Part shown: piece by piece, positions 21,811 through 28,289 of the stretch
Numbering within the stretch: the stretch's first letter is position 1
How the letters are laid out: each line of letters starts with the position of its first letter
NCBI RefSeq assembly: GCF_045862395.1
Contig: NZ_AP023087.1
Span: forward strand, 1,699,990-1,731,989
DNA length: 32,000 nucleotides
Direction: 5' to 3'
Source of the DNA: Marinicellulosiphila megalodicopiae
GTDB taxonomy: Bacteria; Pseudomonadota; Gammaproteobacteria; Pseudomonadales; Natronospirillaceae
Position numbers and translations under genes: made by a program
Notes under the pieces: model-generated
The model's database searches: none
What the model was told of the DNA's origin: nothing
Seen by the model: only the letters and a program-made list of their open reading frames with translations

Positions 21811-22059
21811 TTATTTGTCCTTGTTGTGATAAAAAAACATAACAATCAAGCAGAAAATAATACTGATTTTTAAAATTGAGTATAAATGCCATGAATGCAA
21901 TGAGGCGATATCCGTCTGGAGTGGATATGAAATAATAGGTCGCTTTTCAATTCCGGGGATCGCAATATACATATATTCAATTATGCCAATTGTTAAGAAT
22001 GAGTGGAATTTATTAACAATATTTATTTCATTAAGCCTTTCTACAATACTATATTTCAT
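21811..22059 (-). CDS. Hypothetical small protein (weak call)
   Basis: The only ORF in a 1.2-kb AT-rich gap. I shortened it to the internal Met (MKYSIVERL...) because the listed N-terminus is built from repeat module K. No recognisable motif. Confidence 0.25.
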   Translation of the reverse strand: MKYSIVERLNEINIVNKFHSFLTIGIIEYMYIAIPGIEKRPIISYPLQTDIASLHSWHLYSILKISIIFCLIVMFFYHNKDK

Positions 22060-22100
22060 AATCGGTGTTTTATTTATATCAATTAACAAAAAATAAAGTA

Positions 22101-22550
22101 CAAAAGTGAGTGTCACTTTTGAGCGTCTTGTGAGCATCTTTCTAATGGGTTAGTTGTGAGTCAATTATGGATCCGACCCCAATATTACGACCCCAATATT
22201 AACCTGTAGGTTGCCTTTTAAGGGAACAAAACAACGGTAAGTCAATATGGATAATTACTCGTCATCTTCAGCAGGTTTATCGCTGGAGATCCAGTGGCTT
22301 TGTAATGGGTATGGCGAAATGAGCATCTTTCTATTGGGTTGGCGTGTGTCAATTTTGGATCCGACCCCAATATTATTAAAAATAAAAACGTAGGGTTGAG
22401 CTTTAGCTAAAACACTAAAGTGGGTGTCCCTTTTGATCTGTGTGTCAATTTTGGATCCGACCCCAATATTATTAAAAATAAAAACGTAGGGTTGAGCTTT
22501 AGCTAAAACACTAAAGTGGGTGTCCCTTTTGATCTGTCCCTTTTGATCTG
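22101..22550. repeat. Mosaic intergenic repeat cluster B (K-G-X-Y-G-K-G-K)
   Basis: Modules are:
- K: CAAAAGTGAGTGTCACTTTTGAGCG at 22101
- G: GGATCCGACCCCAATATT at 22169, 22357 and 22453
- X: TTGCCTTTTAAGGGAACAAAACAACGGTAAGTCAATATGG at 22211
- Y at 22261
- GAGCATCTTTCTAWTGGGTT at 22131 and 22321. Confidence 0.9.
22344..22535. repeat. Perfect 96-bp tandem duplication (2 copies), followed by a 14-bp tandem duplication (22523-22536 / 22537-22550)
   Basis: 22344-22439 and 22440-22535 read identically (GTGTGTCAATTTTGGATCCGACCCCAATATTATTAAAAATAAAAACGTAGGGTTGAGCTTTAGCTAAAACACTAAAGTGGGTGTCCCTTTTGATCT). TCCCTTTTGATCTG is then repeated once more. Confidence 0.95.
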
Positions 22551-22619
22551 CTTTTGGGTGGTTGATAGTCTTATTAATGTTAATCTTGAGATGGTTGTGA
22601 AATAGTTATTTTTATCATG

Positions 22620-22648
22620 TTGACCGATCGGTCAGTAGTGGGTAGTAT
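22620..22648 (+). promoter_or_regulatory. Promoter with an overlapping palindromic operator upstream of the TetR gene
   Basis: TTGACC (22620-22625), a 17-nt spacer, then TAGTAT (22643-22648). The perfect 14-bp palindrome TGACCGATCGGTCA (22621-22634) overlaps the -35, a typical TetR autoregulation layout. Confidence 0.5.
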
Positions 22649-22679
22649 TGTGCTTAACTTAATGTAAAAAACAAATCAA

Positions 22680-23219
22680 ATGCATACTACAAAATTGAAA
22701 ATATTAAATCACACTATCCAATTGATTGGTGAGGAAGGACTATCAGGATTAAGTGCAGGTAACTTAGTCAAACAAATAGGCATAAGTAAATCAACAATAT
22801 TTCACCATTTCGAAAGTATTGACCAGCTCTTAATTGAATCGTTTGACTTGCTTATTGAGCAATTATTTATACAACAAGATGTAAAATACCCTTCATCGCA
22901 AGAGTATTTAGATGCTTTGGGTGAACAAACATTATATGCCTGTGAACATTATAATAAATTCATTACTGCTTATTTTATGTTTTTCACGAAATCTATTTTC
23001 AATAATGACATTAAACAAAAACTAAAAAGATCAATTAATAAATTTAAATGCAATATGAAAAATGACTTGTCAGCCTATTTTTCTAAAGAAGAGGCTGAAG
23101 ACTATGCCGAATTAATATTCACTAGTTTAGATGGTATGGCTATTCACTTTTTAATCTTTAAAAATAACCAAAAATTCATGAAGTCTTGGAAACTTTTATC
23201 AAATAAACTAATAACGTAG
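22680..23219 (+). CDS. TetR/AcrR-family transcriptional regulator
   Basis: N-terminal HTH KILNHTIQLIGEEGLSGLSAGNLVKQIGISKSTIFHHFESIDQLL, with a helical C-terminal ligand domain. Confidence 0.88.
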   Translation: MHTTKLKILNHTIQLIGEEGLSGLSAGNLVKQIGISKSTIFHHFESIDQLLIESFDLLIEQLFIQQDVKYPSSQEYLDALGEQTLYACEHYNKFITAYFMFFTKSIFNNDIKQKLKRSINKFKCNMKNDLSAYFSKEEAEDYAELIFTSLDGMAIHFLIFKNNQKFMKSWKLLSNKLIT

Positions 23220-23229
23220 GGCTTTAATT

Positions 23230-23790
23230 ATGTGGTTAACAAATGATATAAATATCATTAAATCTATGCATGATGTGTTTGGGTTAAAACAGAGTGTATT
23301 TTCAATTCTTTCCATTTTTAGCTTCTCTATACTCAGTACCATTTTATTATTGTATATCGGATGGGATTTTTTAAGTGAATTAGCGTTATGGAAAACAATC
23401 GTTGCAATGGTGATTGTTTTAGATATTAATGCTGGATTAATTGCCAACTTTACAAAGGGTACTAATGATTTCTACCAAAATGAACCTAAAAAAAGATGGA
23501 TCTTTATCTCGATTCATTTCCATGTATTAATTGTTGCTTGGCTGTTTGAAGTTGAAAGTTATAGTGCAGTCGTTATTTCTTGGGTGGCTACAATATCAGT
23601 TGCGTCGATGCTGAATATATTGAAAAGTAGCGCGTGGAGTTCAATGCAGAGAATAGTCGCTGCAGTGTGTCTAGGGTTGGGCTTAATTTTAATCATGGTT
23701 TTAAATTGGTCGAATTTAGTTTTACAAATAGTGGCTATGTTGTTTTATATTAAAGTGGCTTATAGCTTTTCGGTTAACCACTATGAATAA
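23230..23790 (+). CDS. Integral membrane protein of unknown function (5-6 TM helices)
   Basis: 186 aa, strongly hydrophobic. Overlaps the next GNAT gene by 8 nt (ATGAATAA), which suggests translational coupling. Confidence 0.6.
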   Translation: MWLTNDINIIKSMHDVFGLKQSVFSILSIFSFSILSTILLLYIGWDFLSELALWKTIVAMVIVLDINAGLIANFTKGTNDFYQNEPKKRWIFISIHFHVLIVAWLFEVESYSAVVISWVATISVASMLNILKSSAWSSMQRIVAAVCLGLGLILIMVLNWSNLVLQIVAMLFYIKVAYSFSVNHYE

Positions 23791-24412
23791 TATACAGTAT
23801 TATGAATTAACAAAAGCAGACGTAAAGCAAGCTGTTGATTTAATTGAATTAAGCTTTAGGCAGGATCCAATGTTTTTGTCTATATTTAGAAGTATAAAAT
23901 GTCGAAAGTTTTTTATTCATTATTTAATCAAACAAAATAATATTATCGGTGGAGCAACAACTGTTGCGATTAGTCAAAATAAAATGGTCGCTGTTTATTT
24001 ATTAAAACCCTATATTGCTAATCGATTTATTAATTTTCTAAAAGAATGCCAAGCGTTTATAGTCTTTTTACCACTTTTATTTAAGATTGGATTAAAATCA
24101 AGCAAACAGTTAAATGATTATTATAAAATAATTTCAAAAACAAAACCTAAAGGCCCACACTCATACCTCACTTTAATTGCGGTGAGTGATCATGCGAAGG
24201 GGCGAGGTGTGGGAAAAATGGTTTTACAAAATATTATTGAGCGACTACAAATTGAAAACAAATCTCAGGCATTGTTACTAGACACTGAAAACAAAGAAAA
24301 TATCGGATTTTATGAACATTTAGGTTTCACACTAACTCAAACTAAATCCGTCAATGAACTTAATATTTACTCTATGAAAAAAGTTAGTTCAGACATCCAA
24401 AATAAAAACTAG
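23783..24412 (+). CDS. GNAT-family N-acetyltransferase
   Basis: 209 aa with acetyl-CoA motif A, LIAVSDHAKGRGVGKMVLQNII, and a C-terminal FYEHLGF. Confidence 0.8.
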   Translation: MNNIQYYELTKADVKQAVDLIELSFRQDPMFLSIFRSIKCRKFFIHYLIKQNNIIGGATTVAISQNKMVAVYLLKPYIANRFINFLKECQAFIVFLPLLFKIGLKSSKQLNDYYKIISKTKPKGPHSYLTLIAVSDHAKGRGVGKMVLQNIIERLQIENKSQALLLDTENKENIGFYEHLGFTLTQTKSVNELNIYSMKKVSSDIQNKN

Positions 24413-24470
24413 GCTAATCCCCAAAAAAGAGCATTTTTTGTCCAAAATCTCAAAATCAAAACTAATCAAG
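24404..24470. repeat. E repeat, copy 1 (degenerate hairpin version)
   Basis: AAAAACTAGGCTAATCCCCAAAAAAGAGCATTTTTTGTCCAAAATCTCAAAATCAAAACTAATCAAG aligns over about 68 bp with 25753-25821, roughly 85 percent identical by eye. Confidence 0.8.
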
Positions 24471-24527
24471 ATACCCAAGGTAAACCCTATAAGTTATTAT
24501 GAATATCTAATTAATGTGGAAATAAAA

Positions 24528-24968
24528 ATGGAATTCATAGAATTTAATAGCAATAGCCCACTGTATGAAGAAACAATGGAGCTTCGATATCACACCTTCT
24601 TTAAAAATTTTGGTTTGCCTAAGTCAGTCACACCCGATGAGCTAGAACCAGAAAGCATTCATTTGGCGTTGCTAAATCAATCAGAAATTCTGGCTTATGG
24701 TAGGTTGTCACCACTTGAAAATGGTGTGTTTAGAATCTCTCAAATCATAGTGCCTGAAATGCATCGTAAAATCGGCTATGCGACAGCACTGCTATTAAAG
24801 CTCATAAAACGTGCTCAGTCACTTGGGGCGACTAGCATTCAATTGAATGCTCAAGTATCGGCACAAAAGCTCTACGAAAATTGTGGTTTTGTTGCTAGTG
24901 AAAAACCATACAAAGTAAAACTAACAGGCGTTGAACACGTAAAAATGGTGGCGACACTATCCACGTAA
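24528..24968 (+). CDS. GNAT-family N-acetyltransferase
   Basis: Starts at the internal ATG (MEFIEFNS...), because the track's TTG-started N-terminus is read out of the E repeat. Motif A is VPEMHRKIGYATALLLKLI; C-terminal LYENCGF. Confidence 0.78.
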   Translation: MEFIEFNSNSPLYEETMELRYHTFFKNFGLPKSVTPDELEPESIHLALLNQSEILAYGRLSPLENGVFRISQIIVPEMHRKIGYATALLLKLIKRAQSLGATSIQLNAQVSAQKLYENCGFVASEKPYKVKLTGVEHVKMVATLST

Positions 24969-25206
24969 CAGGCAGGTAGCATTGCCACTTTGTGGTCACA
25001 ATTTTTGGTGTAACAACCAAATTGATAATCTAGAAAAAGTAAATGAATACGAGAAACGCTTTCAATTGAACTTGCACAAAAATCCTATAACAAAGACGAT
25101 TAAAACAAGGCAATTAAAGCGGACACCCAAATCTTGGCTGGTGCTCGTTGCTCATAACCATTATAGCCAAGTATTTATTGCCGTTTATTACGGCGTCAGG
25201 TGTTTG

Positions 25207-25671
25207 ATGAAAACGATTGAAAAAATCTCTTACCGTAAGGCGACTGAGAAAGACATTCCACAGCTTATTGAACTTCGTATCAAACAGCTTATAGATGAAG
25301 GATACCCTGAAATCAGAGACATTCGTCACGAGTTGCAAACGTATTTTGCAAACAGCTTAAGTAATGGCTCGCTGGTTTGTTGGCTTGGGCTCAGTAACGA
25401 TATAATTATCGCCACTGGTGGGCTTTGTTTTTATCAACTCCCTGGTTCTTTTTCTAATCCAACTGGAACCAATGCGTATATAACCAATATGTACACTGAC
25501 GATCAATTTCGTAAACAGGGCATTGCATCATTATTAATTGATAAACTTTTAGTTGAGGCAAAAGAACGAGGCTTTGTATCTGTAAAACTGCATGCATCAA
25601 CCCATGGAAAAAGTGTTTACGAAAAAGCGGGTTTTGTAAAAGCGGACGGTTATATGGGATTGACGTTTTGA
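25207..25671 (+). CDS. GNAT-family N-acetyltransferase
   Basis: Starts at ATG 25207, preceded by AGGTG (MKTIEKISYRKATEKDIPQLIELR...). Motif A is TDDQFRKQGIASLLIDKLL; C-terminal VYEKAGF. The 75 codons added upstream in the track have no SD and no homology-like features. Confidence 0.8.
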   Translation: MKTIEKISYRKATEKDIPQLIELRIKQLIDEGYPEIRDIRHELQTYFANSLSNGSLVCWLGLSNDIIIATGGLCFYQLPGSFSNPTGTNAYITNMYTDDQFRKQGIASLLIDKLLVEAKERGFVSVKLHASTHGKSVYEKAGFVKADGYMGLTF

Positions 25672-25752
25672 GTTTTACCATTAAGTAAACTAATTAATCC
25701 TATGCGTTAAAATAGGGTGAATCGATAGCAAGCTAAACCAGACAACCAAAGT

Positions 25753-25821
25753 AAAACTTAGGCTAATCCCAAAAAGATTAGCCTTTTTTTGTACAAAATT
25801 TCAAAATCAGGACTAATCAAG
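25753..25821. repeat. E repeat, copy 2 (intact hairpin plus T-run; probable terminator of the GNAT module)
   Basis: GGCTAATC-CCAAAAA-GATTAGCC followed by TTTTTTT, then the conserved tail GTACAAAATTTCAAAATCAGGACTAATCAAG. Confidence 0.75.
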
Positions 25822-25954
25822 CCGCCATAAAAAAACCAACAAATCATTATGGTCACCTCACAATCCATGCTCATCAACCGCCAATATCCATGATGTACAA
25901 GAATAAATGGAACAAGTTCGAAATAATGTACATACTTGGTGAATATAGCAATTG

Positions 25955-25964
25955 TGTTGCAACA
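25955..25964. promoter_or_regulatory. Perfect palindrome TGTTGCAACA 20 nt upstream of vapB (candidate VapBC operator)
   Basis: Seen directly in the sequence. Type II TA operons are usually autoregulated through palindromes overlapping their promoter. Confidence 0.3.
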
Positions 25965-25983
25965 ACAGATAGGCGGAACCATC

Positions 25984-26217
25984 ATGGCTAAAGGCAGTAT
26001 TTTTACAAACAATCGAACCCAAGCAGTGCGATTACCTGCGCAAATGCGTTTTGATGATGATATAAAGCAGGTAAGTGTCAGAATCGTAGGTAAAGAGCGT
26101 ATTCTTTGCCCATTAGAGAACACCTGGGACAGTTTCTTTATGCAGGATCAAAGCGTAGATGACGATTTTATGTCAGAGCGTGCCGAGCAAACTGAAACAA
26201 AGCGTGAGTCGTTTTAA
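25984..26217 (+). CDS. vapB: VapB-type antitoxin (AbrB/SpoVT fold, VagC/MvpA-like)
   Basis: MAKGSIFTNNRTQAVRLPAQMRF...WDSFF...ERAEQTETKRESF matches the SNRSQAVRLP...RESF pattern of VapB/MvpA. The start is moved to ATG 25984. Confidence 0.88.
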   Translation: MAKGSIFTNNRTQAVRLPAQMRFDDDIKQVSVRIVGKERILCPLENTWDSFFMQDQSVDDDFMSERAEQTETKRESF

Positions 26218-26228
26218 TACTCAAATAT

Positions 26229-26624
26229 ATGCGCAATACAAACATTGTCATATACATTATAAAGCGCCGCCCAATTGAAGTATTGACTCAGTTTAATAAC
26301 CACCAAGGACAATTATGCATTAGTAGCGTGACCTTGGCGGAGTTAATTCATGGGGTTGAAAAAAGCGAAAGACCTGAGCACAACCTTAAGCAAGTAGAAG
26401 ATTTTATTTCACGCTTAGAAGTGCTTGATTATCAAAGTGGTGCCGCGTTTCATTATGGTGAAATACGAGCGAATTTAGAAAAAAAAGGCACCACCATAGG
26501 TGTGAATGATTTGCATATTGCAGGGCATGCTCGAAGTGAAGGGTTGATTATTGTCACAAATAATTTAAAAGAATTTGATCGCGTAGAAGGATTGCGTTGT
26601 GAAAACTCGGTGGCAGAGCACTAG
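26229..26624 (+). CDS. vapC: VapC-type PIN-domain toxin with Asn at the first catalytic Asp position
   Basis: Collinear with Shigella MvpT/VapC as I recall it (...NIVIYIIKRRP...CISSVTLAELIHGVEKS...VNDLHIAGHARSEGLIIVTNNLKEFDRVEGLR). The N-terminus reads MRNTNI rather than MLDTNI. Confidence 0.85.
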   Translation: MRNTNIVIYIIKRRPIEVLTQFNNHQGQLCISSVTLAELIHGVEKSERPEHNLKQVEDFISRLEVLDYQSGAAFHYGEIRANLEKKGTTIGVNDLHIAGHARSEGLIIVTNNLKEFDRVEGLRCENSVAEH

Positions 26625-26649
26625 TTTAATATTGGCGCCCAATAAAATA

Positions 26650-26676
26650 GAGCTCGATTTAATCGAGCTTTTTTTG
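26650..26676 (+). terminator. Rho-independent terminator after vapC
   Basis: GAGCTCGAT-TTAA-ATCGAGCT followed by TTTTTTT. The loop and the downstream GTGCCTGTYG..TTATA resemble the icd terminator context at 11916-11960. Confidence 0.7.
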
Positions 26677-26710
26677 TGCCTGTTGGTTATAGAAGAGGAA
26701 AGCTTCACTC

Positions 26711-27019
26711 GTCATCTTCAACTGTTTTGTCGTTGGGGATCCAGTGGCTGCGGTTTTAGTTTGATGGTTAAAAGTGAAAGGGCAGTCAAAATGTGGGTGA
26801 TGGCTTGCCTTCATAACTATCCTAAAAAAAATTTGGATCCGACCCCAATATTGCAAAAGAACAACAAGAAGTACCAAAAGTGGATGTGAATTTGGGTTCT
26901 TGTTTTCCTCTAGATTGCCTTTTAAGAGAACAAAAGCAACGGTAAGTCAATGTGGGTGAGTGCTTGCCCTCATGGGAAATAATTCAAAAGTGGGCGTCGC
27001 TTTTGATAGCTATTGGGTT
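26711..27019. repeat. Mosaic intergenic repeat cluster C (Y, X-tail, G, K-like, X, K)
   Basis: Modules are:
- Y at 26711-26749
- GTCAAAATGTGGGTGATGGCTTGCC at 26786
- G: GGATCCGACCCCAATATT at 26835-26852
- K-like at 26874
- X: TTGCCTTTTAAGAGAACAAAAGCAACGGTAAGTCAATGTGG at 26915-26955
- K: CAAAAGTGGGCGTCGCTTTTGATAGC at 26985-27010. Confidence 0.9.
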
Positions 27020-27083
27020 TTTTGAACGCTCTTTGTTGTATAATTAGATTCACTAAAAAACAAGACACTCTCAAAGGGAATGC

Positions 27084-27923
27084 ATGGAAATCGAAACGTT
27101 ATTAACCCCACTGATTAAACCCTTTGTATATTTTGTAATATTTTCAATTTTTGTGGCAGTGATCAAGTCTGCTTGGTTCAAAGGTAAACTAGGGGAGTTT
27201 AAGGTTAATCTATTGCTGAAGTTGTTTCTAAATAAAGCACAGTATCATCTAATTAAAAATGTCACGTTACCGACCTTTGATGAATCAGGTCAGCACAGCG
27301 GAACCACACAGGTTGATCATATTGTAGTGAGTGCATTTGGTGTGTTTGTGATTGAAACCAAACATTTTAAAGGTTGGATATTTGGCAGTGAGTTCCAAAA
27401 GCAGTGGACACAACAGATTTACAAACATAAATCGAGATTCCAAAACCCGTTACTGCAAAACTACAAACATTGTAAAACCATAGAAAACCTGTTGGGTTTA
27501 GATGGCACTGACAAACAAGACAAGACCAAACGTTTGATCAAAAGCTTGGTGGTATTCACAGGCAGTGCTGAGTTTAAAACCGAGCTTCCAACGAATGTGT
27601 GTTATGACTCAAAACTGATTAAAACAATTAAAGGATTTAAAACCCAATTATTAGACGCACAGCAAGTGGCAAAAATAATCGAACAGATAGAATCTGGCCG
27701 ATTAAAGCGTGGGTTTGTTACTGACAAACAACATGCCGAGCATGTGAAGGTACTTGTTAAAGACAGTCAGTCAAGAGGCGGGAAAAGAGATAGTCAAAGA
27801 GTTACCCAAAGAGTAACGTCGTCAGGTAAACATGACAGACAGGGTGGTTTGAAGCGGGGTAGTAGAGTGGGTAGTGAGGTGGTTAGGTCTGAGATTGCTC
27901 GTGAAACTAGCGCTCAAGACTAG
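27084..27923 (+). CDS. NERD-domain (PD-(D/E)xK-like) nuclease-related protein, ending at an in-frame TAG
   Basis: N-terminal TM, then the NERD core TTQVDHIVVSAFGVFVIETKHFKGWIFG...WTQ, followed by a basic low-complexity linker. A perfect TATAAT lies at 27039-27044 upstream. Confidence 0.8.
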   Translation: MEIETLLTPLIKPFVYFVIFSIFVAVIKSAWFKGKLGEFKVNLLLKLFLNKAQYHLIKNVTLPTFDESGQHSGTTQVDHIVVSAFGVFVIETKHFKGWIFGSEFQKQWTQQIYKHKSRFQNPLLQNYKHCKTIENLLGLDGTDKQDKTKRLIKSLVVFTGSAEFKTELPTNVCYDSKLIKTIKGFKTQLLDAQQVAKIIEQIESGRLKRGFVTDKQHAEHVKVLVKDSQSRGGKRDSQRVTQRVTSSGKHDRQGGLKRGSRVGSEVVRSEIARETSAQD

Positions 27924-28091
27924 GCTAACCATAATTCAACTGATGGTGTTTTGATTGCTGATGTTGAACCTGAGTGTCCTAAATGTGGTGGGGGGATGGT
28001 GAAACGTCAATCTAAAACAGGTCAGTATGCAGGTGTCCCGTTTTTTGGGTGTTCGGCTTTTCCTAAGTGTCGAGGTTTGGTTCGGGATTGA
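27924..28091 (+). pseudogene. Detached C-terminal topoisomerase-type C4 zinc ribbon, in the same frame as the NERD ORF
   Basis: Reading on in frame after TAG 27921-27923 gives ANHNSTDGVLIADVEPECPKCGGGMVKRQSKTGQYAGVPFFGCSAFPKCRGLVRD* (stop 28089-28091). CPxCG...FxGCSxFPxCRG is the zf-C4_Topoisom pattern that normally ends NERD proteins. There is no start codon or SD of its own. Confidence 0.7.
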
Positions 28092-28289
28092 AGTTGGCTG
28101 AAGCCTGAAATCGTGATTTTATAACGCTTTTCCGTTGAACTTAATGGCTGATGGGGGACGCGACTTCGTTATTTCCGGAAAGAGCTCAGTTGCTCAGACT
28201 CATTTCATGTTGGACAAGGCTTAAGCTCTTGATAAAGAAGTCTTTAGTGTAATATATTAACGGGAATATATATTTAATAAGACTTTTTT

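Noticed and set aside
22344-22550. Possible CRISPR array, because of the regularly spaced identical repeats
   Set aside because: There are only two 96-bp units and they are directly abutting, with no unique spacers. No cas genes are present. This is a tandem duplication.
24438-25206. Long N-terminal extensions of the second and third GNAT ORFs (TTG starts at 24438 and 24982)
   Set aside because: The extensions are read out of the E repeat and intergenic DNA, and they lack SD sequences. Internal ATGs (24528, and 25207 preceded by AGGTG) give normal-length GNAT proteins.
25758-26123. Minus-strand 121-aa ORF overlapping the E repeat and vapB
   Set aside because: It is antisense to a clearly recognisable vapB and to a terminator hairpin, and it has no motifs.
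19531-27019. Idea that the accessory region is a chromosomal integron cassette array with the repeats acting as attC sites
   Set aside because: Not supported well enough to call.
- There is no intI in the window.
- I could not find paired RYYYAAC / GTTRRRY core sites at the repeat ends.
- The repeat clusters are longer and more mosaic than typical attC sites.
- One 'cassette' would hold five genes.

It remains testable with an attC covariance model.
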